In this document: positions 12,037-24,010 of the stretch, one piece after another | How the letters are laid out: every line of letters begins with the position of its first letter | How positions within the stretch are numbered: position 1 is the first letter of the stretch | Assembly (NCBI GenBank): GCA_964019335.1 | Contig: OZ025667.1 | Span: 620,001 to 684,000, forward strand | Direction of reading: 5' to 3' | Source of the DNA: Diplonema japonicum | Taxonomy: Eukaryota > Protista > Euglenozoa: Diplonemea | Length of the DNA stretch: 64,000 bases | Made by a program: the position numbers and the translations under genes | The notes under the pieces: model-generated | What the model saw: the letters and a program-made list of their open reading frames with translations, nothing else | Told to the model about the DNA's origin: nothing | Database searches by the model: none

Positions 12037-12756
12037 ATGCCTGCACAGACGGATGCAGAGTACTTCGCGTCGCATGGCTTGCACGGTGTCCTCAACAGTG
12101 TAATCCTTCAGTTCATTGGAAGCGGCTACAAAGGACCGGTCAACGTCAGGGAGGTACTGGGCGATTTTCTACTGAGAGAAGCAAGCGATGGGCGGAGAGT
12201 GGAGACACTAGAAGAATTGGAAAAGATGGCCGATGGCGATGATAAAAATTGGAGAGAAGCATACCAAAGGGCGAAGGGCGAAGCCGATGGAAACACGTTC
12301 GTACAAAACACAAACAAGCTCATAAATAGTTTCAAAGACACCCCTTGGATTGATGTGGATTTCTATTCCCTGCACACCTCAGTCGATTCCCTTAAAAATG
12401 TGTATTACACACTGCCGCACTGCGTCACTACAGTGCCTGAGGTTAACCAAGCCATTAATGATCTTTACGAGATTTGTGAGTGCATTCTCCTTCTGCTCCA
12501 TCTTACACACCATGAAGATTACTGGCAGCCCCTCAAGGTCCAAACAGAGTATCCCTTTCACGACCCTGTTGAGAGGGCTGCATTTCCTCTGCACGTGTTT
12601 CTCCTTTCATTCCGTGTGCCTTCTGTCCGGAACCTCCTCTGGGAGGGGCTCGAAAACCAAGTTGACACTGCGGAGAAATTCAAAGAGCAGCTCAAGGGTC
12701 TTGGTTCAAACCCCAGCGCGGAAAAGTCTAAGAAAAAGAAAGTAGCGGCGAAATAG
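12037..12756 (+). CDS. Hypothetical protein
   Basis: 239-aa ATG ORF with coding-like composition after a long polypyrimidine tract. Confidence 0.7.
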   Translation: MPAQTDAEYFASHGLHGVLNSVILQFIGSGYKGPVNVREVLGDFLLREASDGRRVETLEELEKMADGDDKNWREAYQRAKGEADGNTFVQNTNKLINSFKDTPWIDVDFYSLHTSVDSLKNVYYTLPHCVTTVPEVNQAINDLYEICECILLLLHLTHHEDYWQPLKVQTEYPFHDPVERAAFPLHVFLLSFRVPSVRNLLWEGLENQVDTAEKFKEQLKGLGSNPSAEKSKKKKVAAK

Positions 12757-12904
12757 AGTATCTTTTTTTTTTTTTTGTCTAAAAAAAAGGGATGCTTTCA
12801 AGTTTTCCCATAGTTTTTTTTTTTTTTTTTTTTTTTTTCTCTTTCCCCCACCCTTCTATCTAGAAAAAAAAGAAGGCGAAAAAAAAAAATATTTTTTTTA
12901 AAAA

Positions 12905-14200
12905 ATGTCCGATGAAGAAAAAACACAGCAAGAAGTAGCGGAGGTGAAGGAGGTTGAGGCAGTGCAGGAGGTTGAGGCAGTGCAGGAGAAGGCACCGGAG
13001 GAGGCAACAGAGGCAGCGCCGGTGGAGGCAGCGGAGGAGCCCACGAAGCCTCAGGAGGAAGAAGCACCAGCGCAGGAGAAGCCCAGCGAGGGTAACGACG
13101 ACGCGAACAAGCCGAACTGGGGGAAGTGGGGCGCCCTGCCCGAGGGGTTCGACGACAACACTGAAGAGGTGATGGAAAAGCCGGCGCTACCCCTGCTGGA
13201 CGAGCTGAAGACTGTCGGCGAGGACGAAGAGAAACAGGTATGACATCACCACTAGCAACATGCCCTACAGACGATAACAGGCCCCGACGGCTACGAGTAC
13301 CCCCCCCTCCCTTTGGCAGGCATTGACATCCTGAACAGGCTGTGGAACAACGAGCTCCCTGCCAACCGTGCGCAGGCTGTGGTCGCATGGGAAGGAAAGG
13401 TTCGGATGGCCGTGAACGTCGGCCTTGCGATCCCTGTCCCGCCAAGAGTGCCTGCCACGGAACAGCTCTTGAGGCCGGCTGCTGCGAAGAAGTCTGGCAC
13501 AGACACAAACATGGCAAAGTGGGTTGTGGAGGAAGAGACTATTGAGGAGTCGGAGGAGCTGAAGGAGTTCAGGGAGAAGGGCATCGTCGCAGAGACGGTG
13601 AGCACTATGTGCGAGAAGAGGGAGACAGCACGCCGCAACAGGGCCTACCAGGAGGCCGACAAGATAAAGGCAGACCTCTTCGAGATGGGTGTCGAGTTCA
13701 ATGATGCAGCAAGGAAGTGGAGGAGCGGCGATGTCGAGGGAAACTACGCCGGGCAGGGCGCTGCTGACACCGCAGCGCAGGACCCCAACCAGCGCCCCGT
13801 TGAACTGCAGGATATCGACCTCCCAGGGTCTTGGGAGGACTTCCTTGCCCTCCCCGAGCCTAAGGTCCTCTGTGTTGGTCCCCGCATCGGTCCCCAAGGC
13901 AAGCGTGCATGGGGTGCTGGCGGCAAAAACTGGGGCACCGAGGATGCCCAAGCAGCCCTTGAACAGGCCATGAACAACTGCATCAACCAAGGGGTCCACA
14001 GGCCTCGTGTTATTTACCCTCCCCACCTCGTCGGGACTGGTGGTGGTCACCAGGACCATGGAGGCAAGGGACACCGTCAGGTATGTGGAATTAAAAAAAA
14101 AAAAAACCTGAAACAGAACTACGGAGGCAAAGGCGGGAAGGGCGGAAAAAACAACTACAACCGCAACTACAACCGTAACTACAACAGCAACAACTACTGA
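12905..14200 (+). CDS. Hypothetical protein with CysRS C-terminal-like helical domain, 3 exons
   Basis: Exons 12905-13237, 13271-14080, 14117-14200 (33- and 36-nt GTATG..CAG introns). Contains RETARRNRAYQEADKIKADLFEMGVEFND, an acidic N-terminus and a GGK/NY tail. Confidence 0.75.
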
Positions 14201-15438
14201 TGAGGGAAGAAAGGGGAGGGGAAGAAAATAAATATAAAAAGTAAAAAGAGGGGGGGAAGAGAGATGGAAAAAAAAATAAAGTAAGAAACATAAGTAAAAA
14301 AAGAAAAAAGAAAAAGGAGATGTATCCTTAAGGGAGGTGCGCAAGGCATTAATTGTCTACCCTTTTTTTTCTTTTTTTCCTTCTGATTTCCATAGTGTTG
14401 AAAGTGAGAAAGTTCTTTCAGAAAAATTTATTTAAAAAAAAAAAAAAAAAAAAAAAAAGAAGAAGGTTACATCGATTCATCTCGCCCTGCCCTTTTCCTC
14501 TCCCTCTGCCGTGCAAAGCCCTATTTTGTAGTTTTCGAGAATATGCGAATAATGAAAAAGAAACGGGGTATGGTTTCCTTTTTTTTTTCTTTTTTTTTTT
14601 CTTTTGCTCCCTTTCTCTTCTTATTCTCTCTCATCGGTGACCTTAGTTTTTATTCACTACTCAAGCACGGCCAAACACCCCTCCCCTTCTTCTTTTGTTC
14701 TTTTTTTTTCTTACAAAATCAGTAAGTGCGATGCAAGCGGTGCCTTTTTCCTTTTTTCAAGTTTTTTTTTCTCTCTTTTTTCCCCACCCTCCCCCACCCC
14801 CCTCCTTCAAAGACTGTGTTGTGCCTGAATAAAGGAGGGTCAAAGGGGCATCAAATATCGAGGAAAGTGTTGTTACATTGCTTAAGAAACAAGCTGTTTC
14901 CACTTTGGAGTGAGAGAAAAAAAAAGAGAAAAAAAAAGAGAAAAAAGAGGAGAAAGGCAGAAGAAGAAAAAAAATTCAACTCATGCACCAAATGGTGCCA
15001 TTTCAAGGAGCAGAAGCAAAAGAAGGAAAATAATTGCTTCTGAAACAATAATTTAAAAAAAAGAGAGGGAAGAAGAAGAGGGGGAAAAAAAAGGATTACA
15101 ATATAAGGAAGGATTTTGGAAACAAAAAGAAGAAAAAAAAAAAACCAGGGGGGAAAAAAAGGAAAAAAAAGGGGGGAGGGAGAAAAAAAATAGTGTGGGC
15201 TTTTCTTTCTCCTTTTTTTTTCTTTTTTTTCCCCCCCTTCTTCCCCCCCCCCCCCCCCCCCCTCTTTCTTTTTCCATATGCATAATTCTTCCTTCCCATT
15301 CTCACAAGTACTTTGTGCCCCTGTGAATTTGGCCTGGCTTTCTTTGTTTTTTTTTTTGTTGCTTTTTTTTTTTATTTCTTTGAATTTAAAAGAACATACA
15401 GAAAGGGGGGAGTGGGTTACATATTAATATTACTAAGA

Positions 15439-15999
15439 ATGAACTGCTGCGTCTGCCTGGAGCGATACACGGAGAACAGAAAGCCATCTCTGCTGCTGTG
15501 CGGGCACTCGATCTGCACGGTATGCAGAGGAAAGATATTAGCAAGTGACCAACCATTGTGCCCTACCTGCAGAGTGAGTATCTCGCAACACACGAATTTC
15601 GCCCTCCTGGAAGCGGCAAAAGAGTACCATGAATTAGATCAAAAATACACCAAAACGCATCTGAAACTTGAGATTGAAAAGGGAAAAAACGAAAAACTAC
15701 AAAAGGAAGTTGATTCGCTGAAAAAAGATCTCTCAAACGTGAAAACAAAGGACACCGTCACGAGCACCATGCTCGAAAAACTGACTGCCGAAGTGCAAAA
15801 CTTGGTCGCAAGCAAGAAGGCAAACGGCAAAAAACGAAAACAACTCCAGAATGAAGTCGAATCCTTGAAAGTGGAACTGGGATCCAAAAATGATGAAATC
15901 AGCGACCTCAGGCGGGAGCTGGATGAGGCAACTAGTTTTATTAAAAAATCCCTCAAGTTCAGGACCGACGATATTGCCAGGACAGAAGTTTCTTCCTAA
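15439..15999 (+). CDS. RING-HC finger plus coiled-coil protein
   Basis: ATG at 15439; CCVC...LLCGHSICTVC...CPTCR followed by heptad-rich sequence. Confidence 0.85.
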   Translation: MNCCVCLERYTENRKPSLLLCGHSICTVCRGKILASDQPLCPTCRVSISQHTNFALLEAAKEYHELDQKYTKTHLKLEIEKGKNEKLQKEVDSLKKDLSNVKTKDTVTSTMLEKLTAEVQNLVASKKANGKKRKQLQNEVESLKVELGSKNDEISDLRRELDEATSFIKKSLKFRTDDIARTEVSS

Positions 16000-16156
16000 A
16001 CTTTCTTTCTTCAAATATTCTTTTTTTATTGGGTGGTGGGGATAGCACTGTCGGTCATCAACGTATTGCAGATGCACGCTCGGCCGAAGTTCGCCCCCTG
16101 TAATCAAGTAGACAGTTCCTGCTACGTTGCACGCCACTAGTGTTGGAATCAAAGCC

Positions 16157-16190
<34 letters not shown>

Positions 16191-17173
16191 CCTGACGGTG
16201 TCCACCCTTGCCTCCCGCACACCCACGCGTTTCCCTTTTAGCCTAGCTACAGAAGATTGGCTGGAGAAACGAAAAATAAAAAAGGGCAGAATACTATGTG
16301 CGAGTTTCATATTCGTCTACAAGCCTGAGTTCTTTTTTTTTTTTTTTTTCCCAAGTTCTTTCCTATTTATTGTGTGTGCCCCCCCCCTTTTTTTTCCATT
16401 TTTTATTTTTTATTGCTTGAACAAGAGTCGACGATCGTTGATATTGTTTTGGGAGGGGGGGGGGGGGGGGAGTGAGAGAACATGGGGAAGGGGGAGAGTA
16501 GAAGGGAAAGAAAGGAAAAAAAAAGAAGGGAAAAAAAAAAAGAAAAAAAAAAGCCATCTTTGTTCGTTTCATTTAGTTCTATTTACTTATCTTTAGTTTC
16601 CTGTGTTTTTTTTTTCTTCTTTTCTTTTTTTCGTTTCATATAGTGAACAGAGTCTGGATGCTTGCGCAGTAGTAGTACGCTAGAGCGAGGCAGGACAAGC
16701 TGTTACCACTAACCCGAAGGACCGGCCTTGCAAGACAATTTCCGCTCACACTTTCTTCAGGCGTCCTGTCACATACCGCAGGTACCCTTAAATGTCTCTT
16801 TTTTTTTTTTCTTCTTTCTTTCTAACCCACTACAGCTACACAACAAACCACTTGGAAGAATATTCAAGAACCCCCTTGTGTACCCCTTTTGTCGGTAATT
16901 AGAAATTTAGTTTTCTATTTGGCGGGTGGTATAATCCCCAAAAGAGAAAGAAGGAACAAAAAAAAGGGGGGGGACAGGAAACCATCTATTAGGGATTTGT
17001 TTCTCTCTATCCCCCCCCCCCCCCCCCCCCCTCCACAGGGAATGAAAAAAGAAGGAAAAAAAAACTATTATCTCATTATTATTCATCTTCGGTCGCAAGA
17101 AAAGAAAAAAAACCCTGCATTCAGAACTATTGACAAAACTTTGTTATTTTATTTAAAAAAAGCTTTAAAAAAA

Positions 17174-17869
17174 ATGATGTACAAATTTGCTGGTGTTCTG
17201 CTTCTTGCGGCTGTGGCGATGGGGTGCAGCGTGGATGAGTACTGCTGCCCCGATGCGATGGCATGTCTCAAGCCAACGAATGTGAGCTGCTCCGCGAACC
17301 CTAACACCTGTCTGACTGGCCAGGTGTGCTGCCCGCTCACGAAGCTCTGCGTGAAGCCTGGCATCCCGTGCACCCCGCAGCCTGTGTGCAAGAGCGACGA
17401 GTACTGCTGCCCACTCACAAAGCACTGCCTGCAGCCCATGATGCCCGGTACCCTCTGTGACACTGCCCACCCCTGCGCCAACGGACAGGTGTGCTGCCCT
17501 CTCACCAAGGAGTGCGTCACAGTCAATGCCGCATGCGACGCCCCTAGGGCGGGGTGCAACGCCACTTCATACTGCTGCCCTGACGCGAAGCACTGCCTCA
17601 CACCTACCAATGTGAGCTGTGCGGCTGACTCGAACTCATGCCGTTCGGGGCAAGTGTGCTGCCCGCTTACGAAGCTGTGCGTGTCGGTGGGCCCTGCGTG
17701 CACTCCGATCTGCCCCTCGACCTCATACTGCTGCCCTGATGCGAAGCACTGCCTCACACCTGTGAACCCGGGTACTCTCTGCGACACTGCCCACCCCTGC
17801 GCCAGCGGACAGGTGTGCTGCCCCCTTACCAAGGAGTGCGTCACAGTGGGAGCCGCATGCAGCCCGTAG
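17174..17869 (+). CDS. Secreted cysteine-rich repeat protein
   Basis: Signal peptide MMYKFAGVLLLAAVAMG, then 4 units each with YCCP...CL and GQVCCPLTKxCV. Confidence 0.8.
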   Translation: MMYKFAGVLLLAAVAMGCSVDEYCCPDAMACLKPTNVSCSANPNTCLTGQVCCPLTKLCVKPGIPCTPQPVCKSDEYCCPLTKHCLQPMMPGTLCDTAHPCANGQVCCPLTKECVTVNAACDAPRAGCNATSYCCPDAKHCLTPTNVSCAADSNSCRSGQVCCPLTKLCVSVGPACTPICPSTSYCCPDAKHCLTPVNPGTLCDTAHPCASGQVCCPLTKECVTVGAACSP

Positions 17870-18693
17870 AAAGCAACGAGTGATGTTGTGAAATTGCGAC
17901 CTCCTCCCCCCTCCCCCATCGCCTGTTATTTACAGGGGATTCCTCACGTGTCTTGCTCAACTCTCCCCTTTTTTTCATTCTGGCGATGAACAGGTCTCTC
18001 GGCTTTACTGTTGGTTTTGAGTAAGATATTCACAACAAAAGGGCTTCAGAAGGGTTTACTGTTTTTGGGCATTTGGGTGGGGGTTTTTTTTTGTTCTCTT
18101 TTTTTTTTATTATTAATCTTTCCATGTTTCTACGTTTACCCGATTTCTGTTAAAACTACGTTTTTCTTTTCTCTCTTTTTTTTTTTTTTTTTTTTTTTAG
18201 AAGTAGCGGGAAGAGAGGTGTGAAGTAGTGAGACTAAACACACACACTCTTTTTAAAAAAAAAGAGGGGGGAGGGTAATTTTTTTCAGGGGATGAGATAG
18301 CCCACTCATTGTGACGCACATTCTTCTTTTGTCTGCTTTTTTTATTTATTTTTCTCTTTTCGTGGTTGTTATACTGTGCGGCTTCCTGCAACATCAAAAC
18401 CCATCATAAAGCTGCAAGTTTAGCAAACCGAAAGGATCTTTGTGGAAAATAACAAAAAAAACAAACAAAAAAAAAACAAAAAAAAAGCATTCACTTATCA
18501 TGAGCATTCCTCTTCTTTTTTTTTTCTTTTTTTCTTACCCTTTTTCTTCTCTTTCAATTAAACCCTTCTTCCTTCTTCTGAACAAAACAAAACAAAAAAA
18601 CAAAAAAAAAAACCTCCCTTTCGCGCAAAACTTCTATAATCTCTCTTTTTTTGTTGTTGTCATAACACCCGCCGCCCCCCTCCCCCTCTTTTT

Positions 18694-18728
<35 letters not shown>

Positions 18729-18801
18729 ATCCCGTCAATAAGCGTATCATCACCATCACACCACAAAAAGTGGGGAGGGCGAAAAGGGAAAAAAAAAAAA
18801 A

Positions 18802-20346
18802 ATGAATCTCGATTTCGTCGATAACAAAAAAGCCTTGATAATAGGAGGCACGGGGCAGCTTGGAGTCACGCTTGGTAAACAGCTTTTAAATGAGAAAATC
18901 GCAAAGAAGGTAGTGGTCACCGGAAGGAACGAAAAGAAGATGGAGGCTGCGCTCCGAAACATCCAAGAAGGAAAACCATCAAGCAGCGTCGCGGGGCACC
19001 TCACCGAAGACGCCGTTCTCAATGAAACTCAATTCGTTGACAACATAGCAAAATGTTACATTGAACACAACGGTTTCGACTTCATCATCATAGCCATTGG
19101 CTCAAACGTAAAATCCACAGGCCTCCCAAGCAAAGGCATGACCCCACAACAAAGCCTGCAGCAATTCAAAAATCGATCTTCGATTGATTTTCAAGCCCCA
19201 GCTTCCTGTTTGGTTTCCCTGCCTCCACTCATCAAACAGCTCCACCCAAGAAGACGTGTCTCCATCATTACATTGGGAACACAGCTTATCAGATACGGAA
19301 TAGGAGTGCCAACCAAAGCAGCCTTTATCTCATCGAAAGCTGCATTAATGTCTCTTGGAGCATCTGTCACAAGCGAGTATGAGTCGGTTACAGTGTCGCA
19401 GGTAAACCCGTCGTCGAAAATTTCTCATGAATCGGTGTCAGATGCTGTGTTGTTTATGTGTAAAGCATCGCTTCCTTGTCATATTCGGACGGTTGACGTA
19501 CTGCCGGTTAAAAATGTACGAAATGGTGTGTATTCTCCGAGAATCGGTTTGAAAGGCCATGTTGCTCTTGTAACGGGTGGTTCAAACGGGATCGGGAAAG
19601 CAATTGCATTGGGACTTGCCGGTGCAGGGTCGGACATTGCCGTCATAGGGAGGAATCAAACCTCGTTGAACGACGTTGTTGTTCAGTGTGAGAAGCACAA
19701 CGTGAAATGCAAAGGATACGCCATGGACGTGAACGACTGGGCGGGGATGAAAACGGTTGTTGACGATGTTGTGAAAACATTTGGGAGAATCACCACTTTG
19801 GTGGCATCTGCCGGTTTGAACAGACGGCGGAACGCGCTTGACATTTCCAAAAACGGTTCCGGATACCAAACAGCTGACCCCAAGGTTTGGGGTGACCTCA
19901 TCGATGTTAATGTAAAAGCATCTATGACCATAACTCAATTCGTGCTTCCTTACCTTGCTGAGGCTGCGAAGGACCCCACCCTTCGTGGCGGGCCTACCTT
20001 GATATATATTTCGTCAAACATGGCTCGTCTTCCCTGGTCTCCTCCTGGAGGGCAGACCTCCTACCATGTTACAAAATCTGGAATTTCGGCGTTTGCGAGT
20101 TCTCTACACAGGGATCTTGATCGGTTCGGGGTAAAGTCTGTCGGGTTTCACCCTGCTGTTGTGGACACGCCGTTGGGTAATAGGCCGAACACGGCGAAGT
20201 CGATGAAGGTCACCAACCCCCAGTATGTGATACAGCAATCAGACATGGCGCTTGGCGCTGTGTACGCGGTGGGGTCCACCGTGAACCCGCATATTGTGGA
20301 CTTCGACAACATCGGAGATTTGAGTTCTCCTGAAGCGAAGCTTTAA
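18802..20346 (+). CDS. Tandem double short-chain dehydrogenase/reductase
   Basis: Two Rossmann motifs (IGGTGQLG and TGGSNGIG). The second domain has catalytic YHVTK; the first reads FISSK. Ends in AKL. Confidence 0.85.
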   Translation: MNLDFVDNKKALIIGGTGQLGVTLGKQLLNEKIAKKVVVTGRNEKKMEAALRNIQEGKPSSSVAGHLTEDAVLNETQFVDNIAKCYIEHNGFDFIIIAIGSNVKSTGLPSKGMTPQQSLQQFKNRSSIDFQAPASCLVSLPPLIKQLHPRRRVSIITLGTQLIRYGIGVPTKAAFISSKAALMSLGASVTSEYESVTVSQVNPSSKISHESVSDAVLFMCKASLPCHIRTVDVLPVKNVRNGVYSPRIGLKGHVALVTGGSNGIGKAIALGLAGAGSDIAVIGRNQTSLNDVVVQCEKHNVKCKGYAMDVNDWAGMKTVVDDVVKTFGRITTLVASAGLNRRRNALDISKNGSGYQTADPKVWGDLIDVNVKASMTITQFVLPYLAEAAKDPTLRGGPTLIYISSNMARLPWSPPGGQTSYHVTKSGISAFASSLHRDLDRFGVKSVGFHPAVVDTPLGNRPNTAKSMKVTNPQYVIQQSDMALGAVYAVGSTVNPHIVDFDNIGDLSSPEAKL

Positions 20347-20486
20347 ATAGCTTTTTTTTTTTTTTTTTTGTTACAAATATTTATCTTTCAAAAAATGATT
20401 TTATAACTATGCCGAGCAAAAAAAACTTTCGCAGCTTTTTAAAAACCTTTTTTTGCTTGTGCGAACAACAAAGACATATAGTCATA

Positions 20487-20524
<38 letters not shown>

Positions 20525-20794
20525 TAGTACAACTGAAAGAAAATGAAGGGTGGTAAAACGGTCCTCCATCCGCCCAACCGTAGGTGGACTGCAGGAAAAT
20601 AATAAAAGAAAAATAAACCCCCCCCCCTGAGTGAAAAAAAAAGGAATATAAAAAAAAACTGCTCTGAAAAAAAAAAGTTCCTCCATTTGGTTAACGTTTC
20701 TTATTTTTTTGTTTCTCCATAAAAAAAGGGGGAGTGGGGGGGAACAAACGCACCAACACCATATAGACAACTACACATATCTTTATTAAAAAAA

Positions 20795-21421
20795 ATGACC
20801 ACCGCAGGAGGATCCCCCACAAGGAAGCTGAACTGGGCGGATTTCGATAGTGACGACGATGATTTTGGCAACCCACAGGAAATGTTTTGCGGCCTCCCGG
20901 AGATCGAAGAGCACAGGGGACAGGATGCGAAGGAGAAGATGAGGGAGGAAGAGGCGCAGCGGGCCGTGGAGGAGGCAGCGAAGAAGAAGAAGCTGAAGGG
21001 CGCAACAATCCCCCTTTCCCCCGCTCCTATGCTGACTCCTATGACCCCACTTCAGACGCCCCCTCTATGTGTGACACGAAGGTCAGTCCGGATAGAGGCT
21101 CAGCAGCAGCTTGTCGCAGCCCTGACTAGGAATGGGTCAATGGACGCACAAGAGCTCTCCAAAGCGCTGGAGTGGAAGAGGACTTTCTACAGGACAGTGG
21201 GTTCGCTCTATGCATTTGTCAAACGGGATTGCAAGGAGCTGCTTACCTATGACTCGAAAGGCAGGGTCCGAATGGCAACCTGCCCACCCGTGACCCCGCA
21301 GCCCCCCCTCCAAGAACAGCAACCTGCCTTCACCTTCCCTGACACCCCGTTGCAAAGCCAGTCTTCCCGAGAGACTGAAATCAACGACATCGCAAAGAGT
21401 TTGCTGGCAATGCAGTGGTAG
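20795..21421 (+). CDS. Hypothetical protein
   Basis: 208-aa ATG ORF after an A-run; possible small helical or winged-helix domain. Confidence 0.65.
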   Translation: MTTAGGSPTRKLNWADFDSDDDDFGNPQEMFCGLPEIEEHRGQDAKEKMREEEAQRAVEEAAKKKKLKGATIPLSPAPMLTPMTPLQTPPLCVTRRSVRIEAQQQLVAALTRNGSMDAQELSKALEWKRTFYRTVGSLYAFVKRDCKELLTYDSKGRVRMATCPPVTPQPPLQEQQPAFTFPDTPLQSQSSRETEINDIAKSLLAMQW

Positions 21422-22640
21422 ATTGTGTGGTTTGTGGTTTACTTTTTTTTTTTTGTATTTATTTATTTTTTTTTAAAAACATTTGTTGATATAAAAGAGG
21501 GAGGGGGGGGGGGGGGATGGTTGTGGAAGAAGGGAAGAGGAGGGGGGGGGGGGGGGAAGTATGAAATTGTGTTTTTTAAAAACAACCTCCCCCTTTTTTT
21601 TTTTGGTCCCACCATTGTTCCCTCCTCTTCCCCTCCCCCTATTGTTGCTGTACTGTATTTTTTTTCTTTTTTTTTTTTCTGTATTGATTTTTTTTTTCTT
21701 GTTGATTGGGAGTGGGGAGTAAGACGAGTGCATGGTGTGAAAGCAGAATAAAAAAAATGAGAATTGGCTAGTTAGCGTTATTCCTGTTTTTTTTTTTCTT
21801 CCTCTTTTCTTATCCTATTTTTTTTGTATGCCGGGTTGAGGAAAAAAAAAATCTGAAAATGCTACTTGCTTTCCTTCCCCCGTTTTAATTCACTTTGCAA
21901 AGAAAAAAAAAATCTTCTGTTCTGTTTTTCTCCTCCTGCTTAGAACGTCTTGCTTTCTTTTCTTACCCCTCCTCTTTTTTTTCTTTTTTTTTTTGTCTAG
22001 TATAACATTTTTTTATTTGCTTTTCTTTTTATTGAAAAAAAGAAACGGAAAAGAAAAAAAGGGAGAGGGGCACCAATCCTTCTTTAACATCTTTTAGGGT
22101 TTTGTTTTATTCCTCAGAATTATACCCCCCTTTTTTTTTGTATGATGAACAGAAACACTTGTTATTGTACCAAGAAAAAAAAAAGAAAAAAAAAAAAGAA
22201 AAAAAGAAGAACCTTGGCAGTGTCGTGTGTTCCAAATAATATCTTAATTAGGAAATAATTTTGCAACCGTAAACTCTCGCCTATTATGGTTCCCCCCTTT
22301 TTTTTTTATATTTAACATGCTGTTTTTTTCTTTATCCCCCGGGATTTTATACCACGTCACAAACAGCAAATAAACAAAAAAAAAAAAAAAAAAGCCAGAA
22401 ACAGCTTGCCCTTGAAAGGCATTCTTCTTCTTTTTTTGGGCTTTTTTCTTTTTTTAACCCCCCCACCGGGGCTTCGAATTTTTGCATCCCCTCCCCCCCC
22501 CCCCCGTTTTCTAAAAAAACTTTTCTGTCTCCTCTCTTACATGATTTTTTTTTGTCTCTTACACTTAATTATTATTTCCTGAAGGGAAGGCGAGAGAGGG
22601 AGAAGGGGAAGAAAAAAAAAAAAAAAAAAAAAAAAGGACC

Positions 22641-23639
22641 ATGTCGACCGTGCATACACACCACCCACACCCACACAGCCACCCTGCTCACCACCACCAA
22701 CATCATCCTTTGATAAAAAGGTTGAAAATTCAAGGGTATCGCGTTGAAGTTCCTGTCCACAGGGAGACAGGCAAGCGGATAGGAAAAATATTGTTTGCAA
22801 ATTTTTCGAAGAATGAGGCACTGCCGCAGATTGTGGTGGATAAAGCGTTTGCAGGGAGCGTGGAAAAAGGTTTAGAAGAGGTGATGCAAAGAGGGAAAAC
22901 AGTAGAGGACGCAGAGTCGAGGAGGGAACGTGCGGAACAACTGAACACTTTGAAGCAAAAGTGCTACCAGCTTGCAAGAAAGCAGGTCGTCCACCAGTTC
23001 ACAGGAGAAAACTACACAGAAGAAGAATGGGAACCCTTCATGAAACAATTAGGAAATGTGAAGCTCAACCTTGACGAGGAGCCTCGTGACCAGTATATTA
23101 AAATTATCGAAGCCGTTTGCCGTGCTGAAGAATATGCTATTCGCAAACACGTAGCAGCAGATCTGACCACAGAAACAGGTGACATTTCCGCCGTTGACCT
23201 TTTTTGCAGAACACACCCTAGCGATTTGTTGATTATTCGTAAAGGGGGTACCGCGTACACTGTGCTCTTATCTATGCCGTGTGCTAAAGGGCTCTTAGAT
23301 GATGAACAAATAAAAATCGAAGAAGCAACTTTAAAGCCAGAAGAGGCACACATTAAGCGGTTCTCAACTGGGCTAGGTACCCACCCCGAGCCTAAAAAGC
23401 ACCAGCACCACCACCATTCTCACGAAAAACGGATAAAAAAACCCGAAATGACGCCTTTGCAGAAAATCGCAGCTTATGAGACACACCTTAACACGTTGCC
23501 TGTCAAGGCGCTTGCCGAGCTGTGTCACCCGCAGAACATCCCCACAACAGGAAGGAAACCCGAACTGATCGAAAGACTAATGATAGCATTCGAGACAAAG
23601 AAACCGTTGAAAAAGGGAGAGGCGTCGGATTCTGATTGA
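22641..23639 (+). CDS. Hypothetical His-rich protein with C-terminal SAP-like motif
   Basis: LPVKALAELCHPQNIPTTGRKPELIERL resembles a SAP motif; two His-rich tracts. Confidence 0.7.
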   Translation: MSTVHTHHPHPHSHPAHHHQHHPLIKRLKIQGYRVEVPVHRETGKRIGKILFANFSKNEALPQIVVDKAFAGSVEKGLEEVMQRGKTVEDAESRRERAEQLNTLKQKCYQLARKQVVHQFTGENYTEEEWEPFMKQLGNVKLNLDEEPRDQYIKIIEAVCRAEEYAIRKHVAADLTTETGDISAVDLFCRTHPSDLLIIRKGGTAYTVLLSMPCAKGLLDDEQIKIEEATLKPEEAHIKRFSTGLGTHPEPKKHQHHHHSHEKRIKKPEMTPLQKIAAYETHLNTLPVKALAELCHPQNIPTTGRKPELIERLMIAFETKKPLKKGEASDSD

Positions 23640-24010
23640 AAAATACAAAATATAAACCTCCCCCCCCTTTTTTTCTCTTCTATCCCTTTTTTTTTCCCCT
23701 CTTTTTTTTTTCTTTCCTGGCCAGGCTCTTTCGCCCGATGGGCTGCTTAGGAACTCCCTGAAGGCATCTAGTCCTTCCTCTTCGGCAGGAGCACCCAATC
23801 TGTCCACGTCGATGCAAGCATGTTTTGTTGGTGCAAGCTACAGTAGGGATCCAAACGGACAAGCTGCCTCTACTCTTTTTTTTATTATTTGCAATAACAA
23901 TTCTTTTCAAAAAAAAAATTGTATTTCTTGTTCCAAGCAAAAAAAAAAAAAAAAGGAGGAGGGAGGGAAGAAAAGAAAGAAGAAAAAAAAAGGGGGAAAA
24001 AAAAAGAAGA

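Noticed and set aside
14200-15430. Numerous poly-Phe/poly-Lys ORFs in spacers throughout the window
   Set aside because: Translations of A/T/G/C homopolymer tracts with no coding signal.
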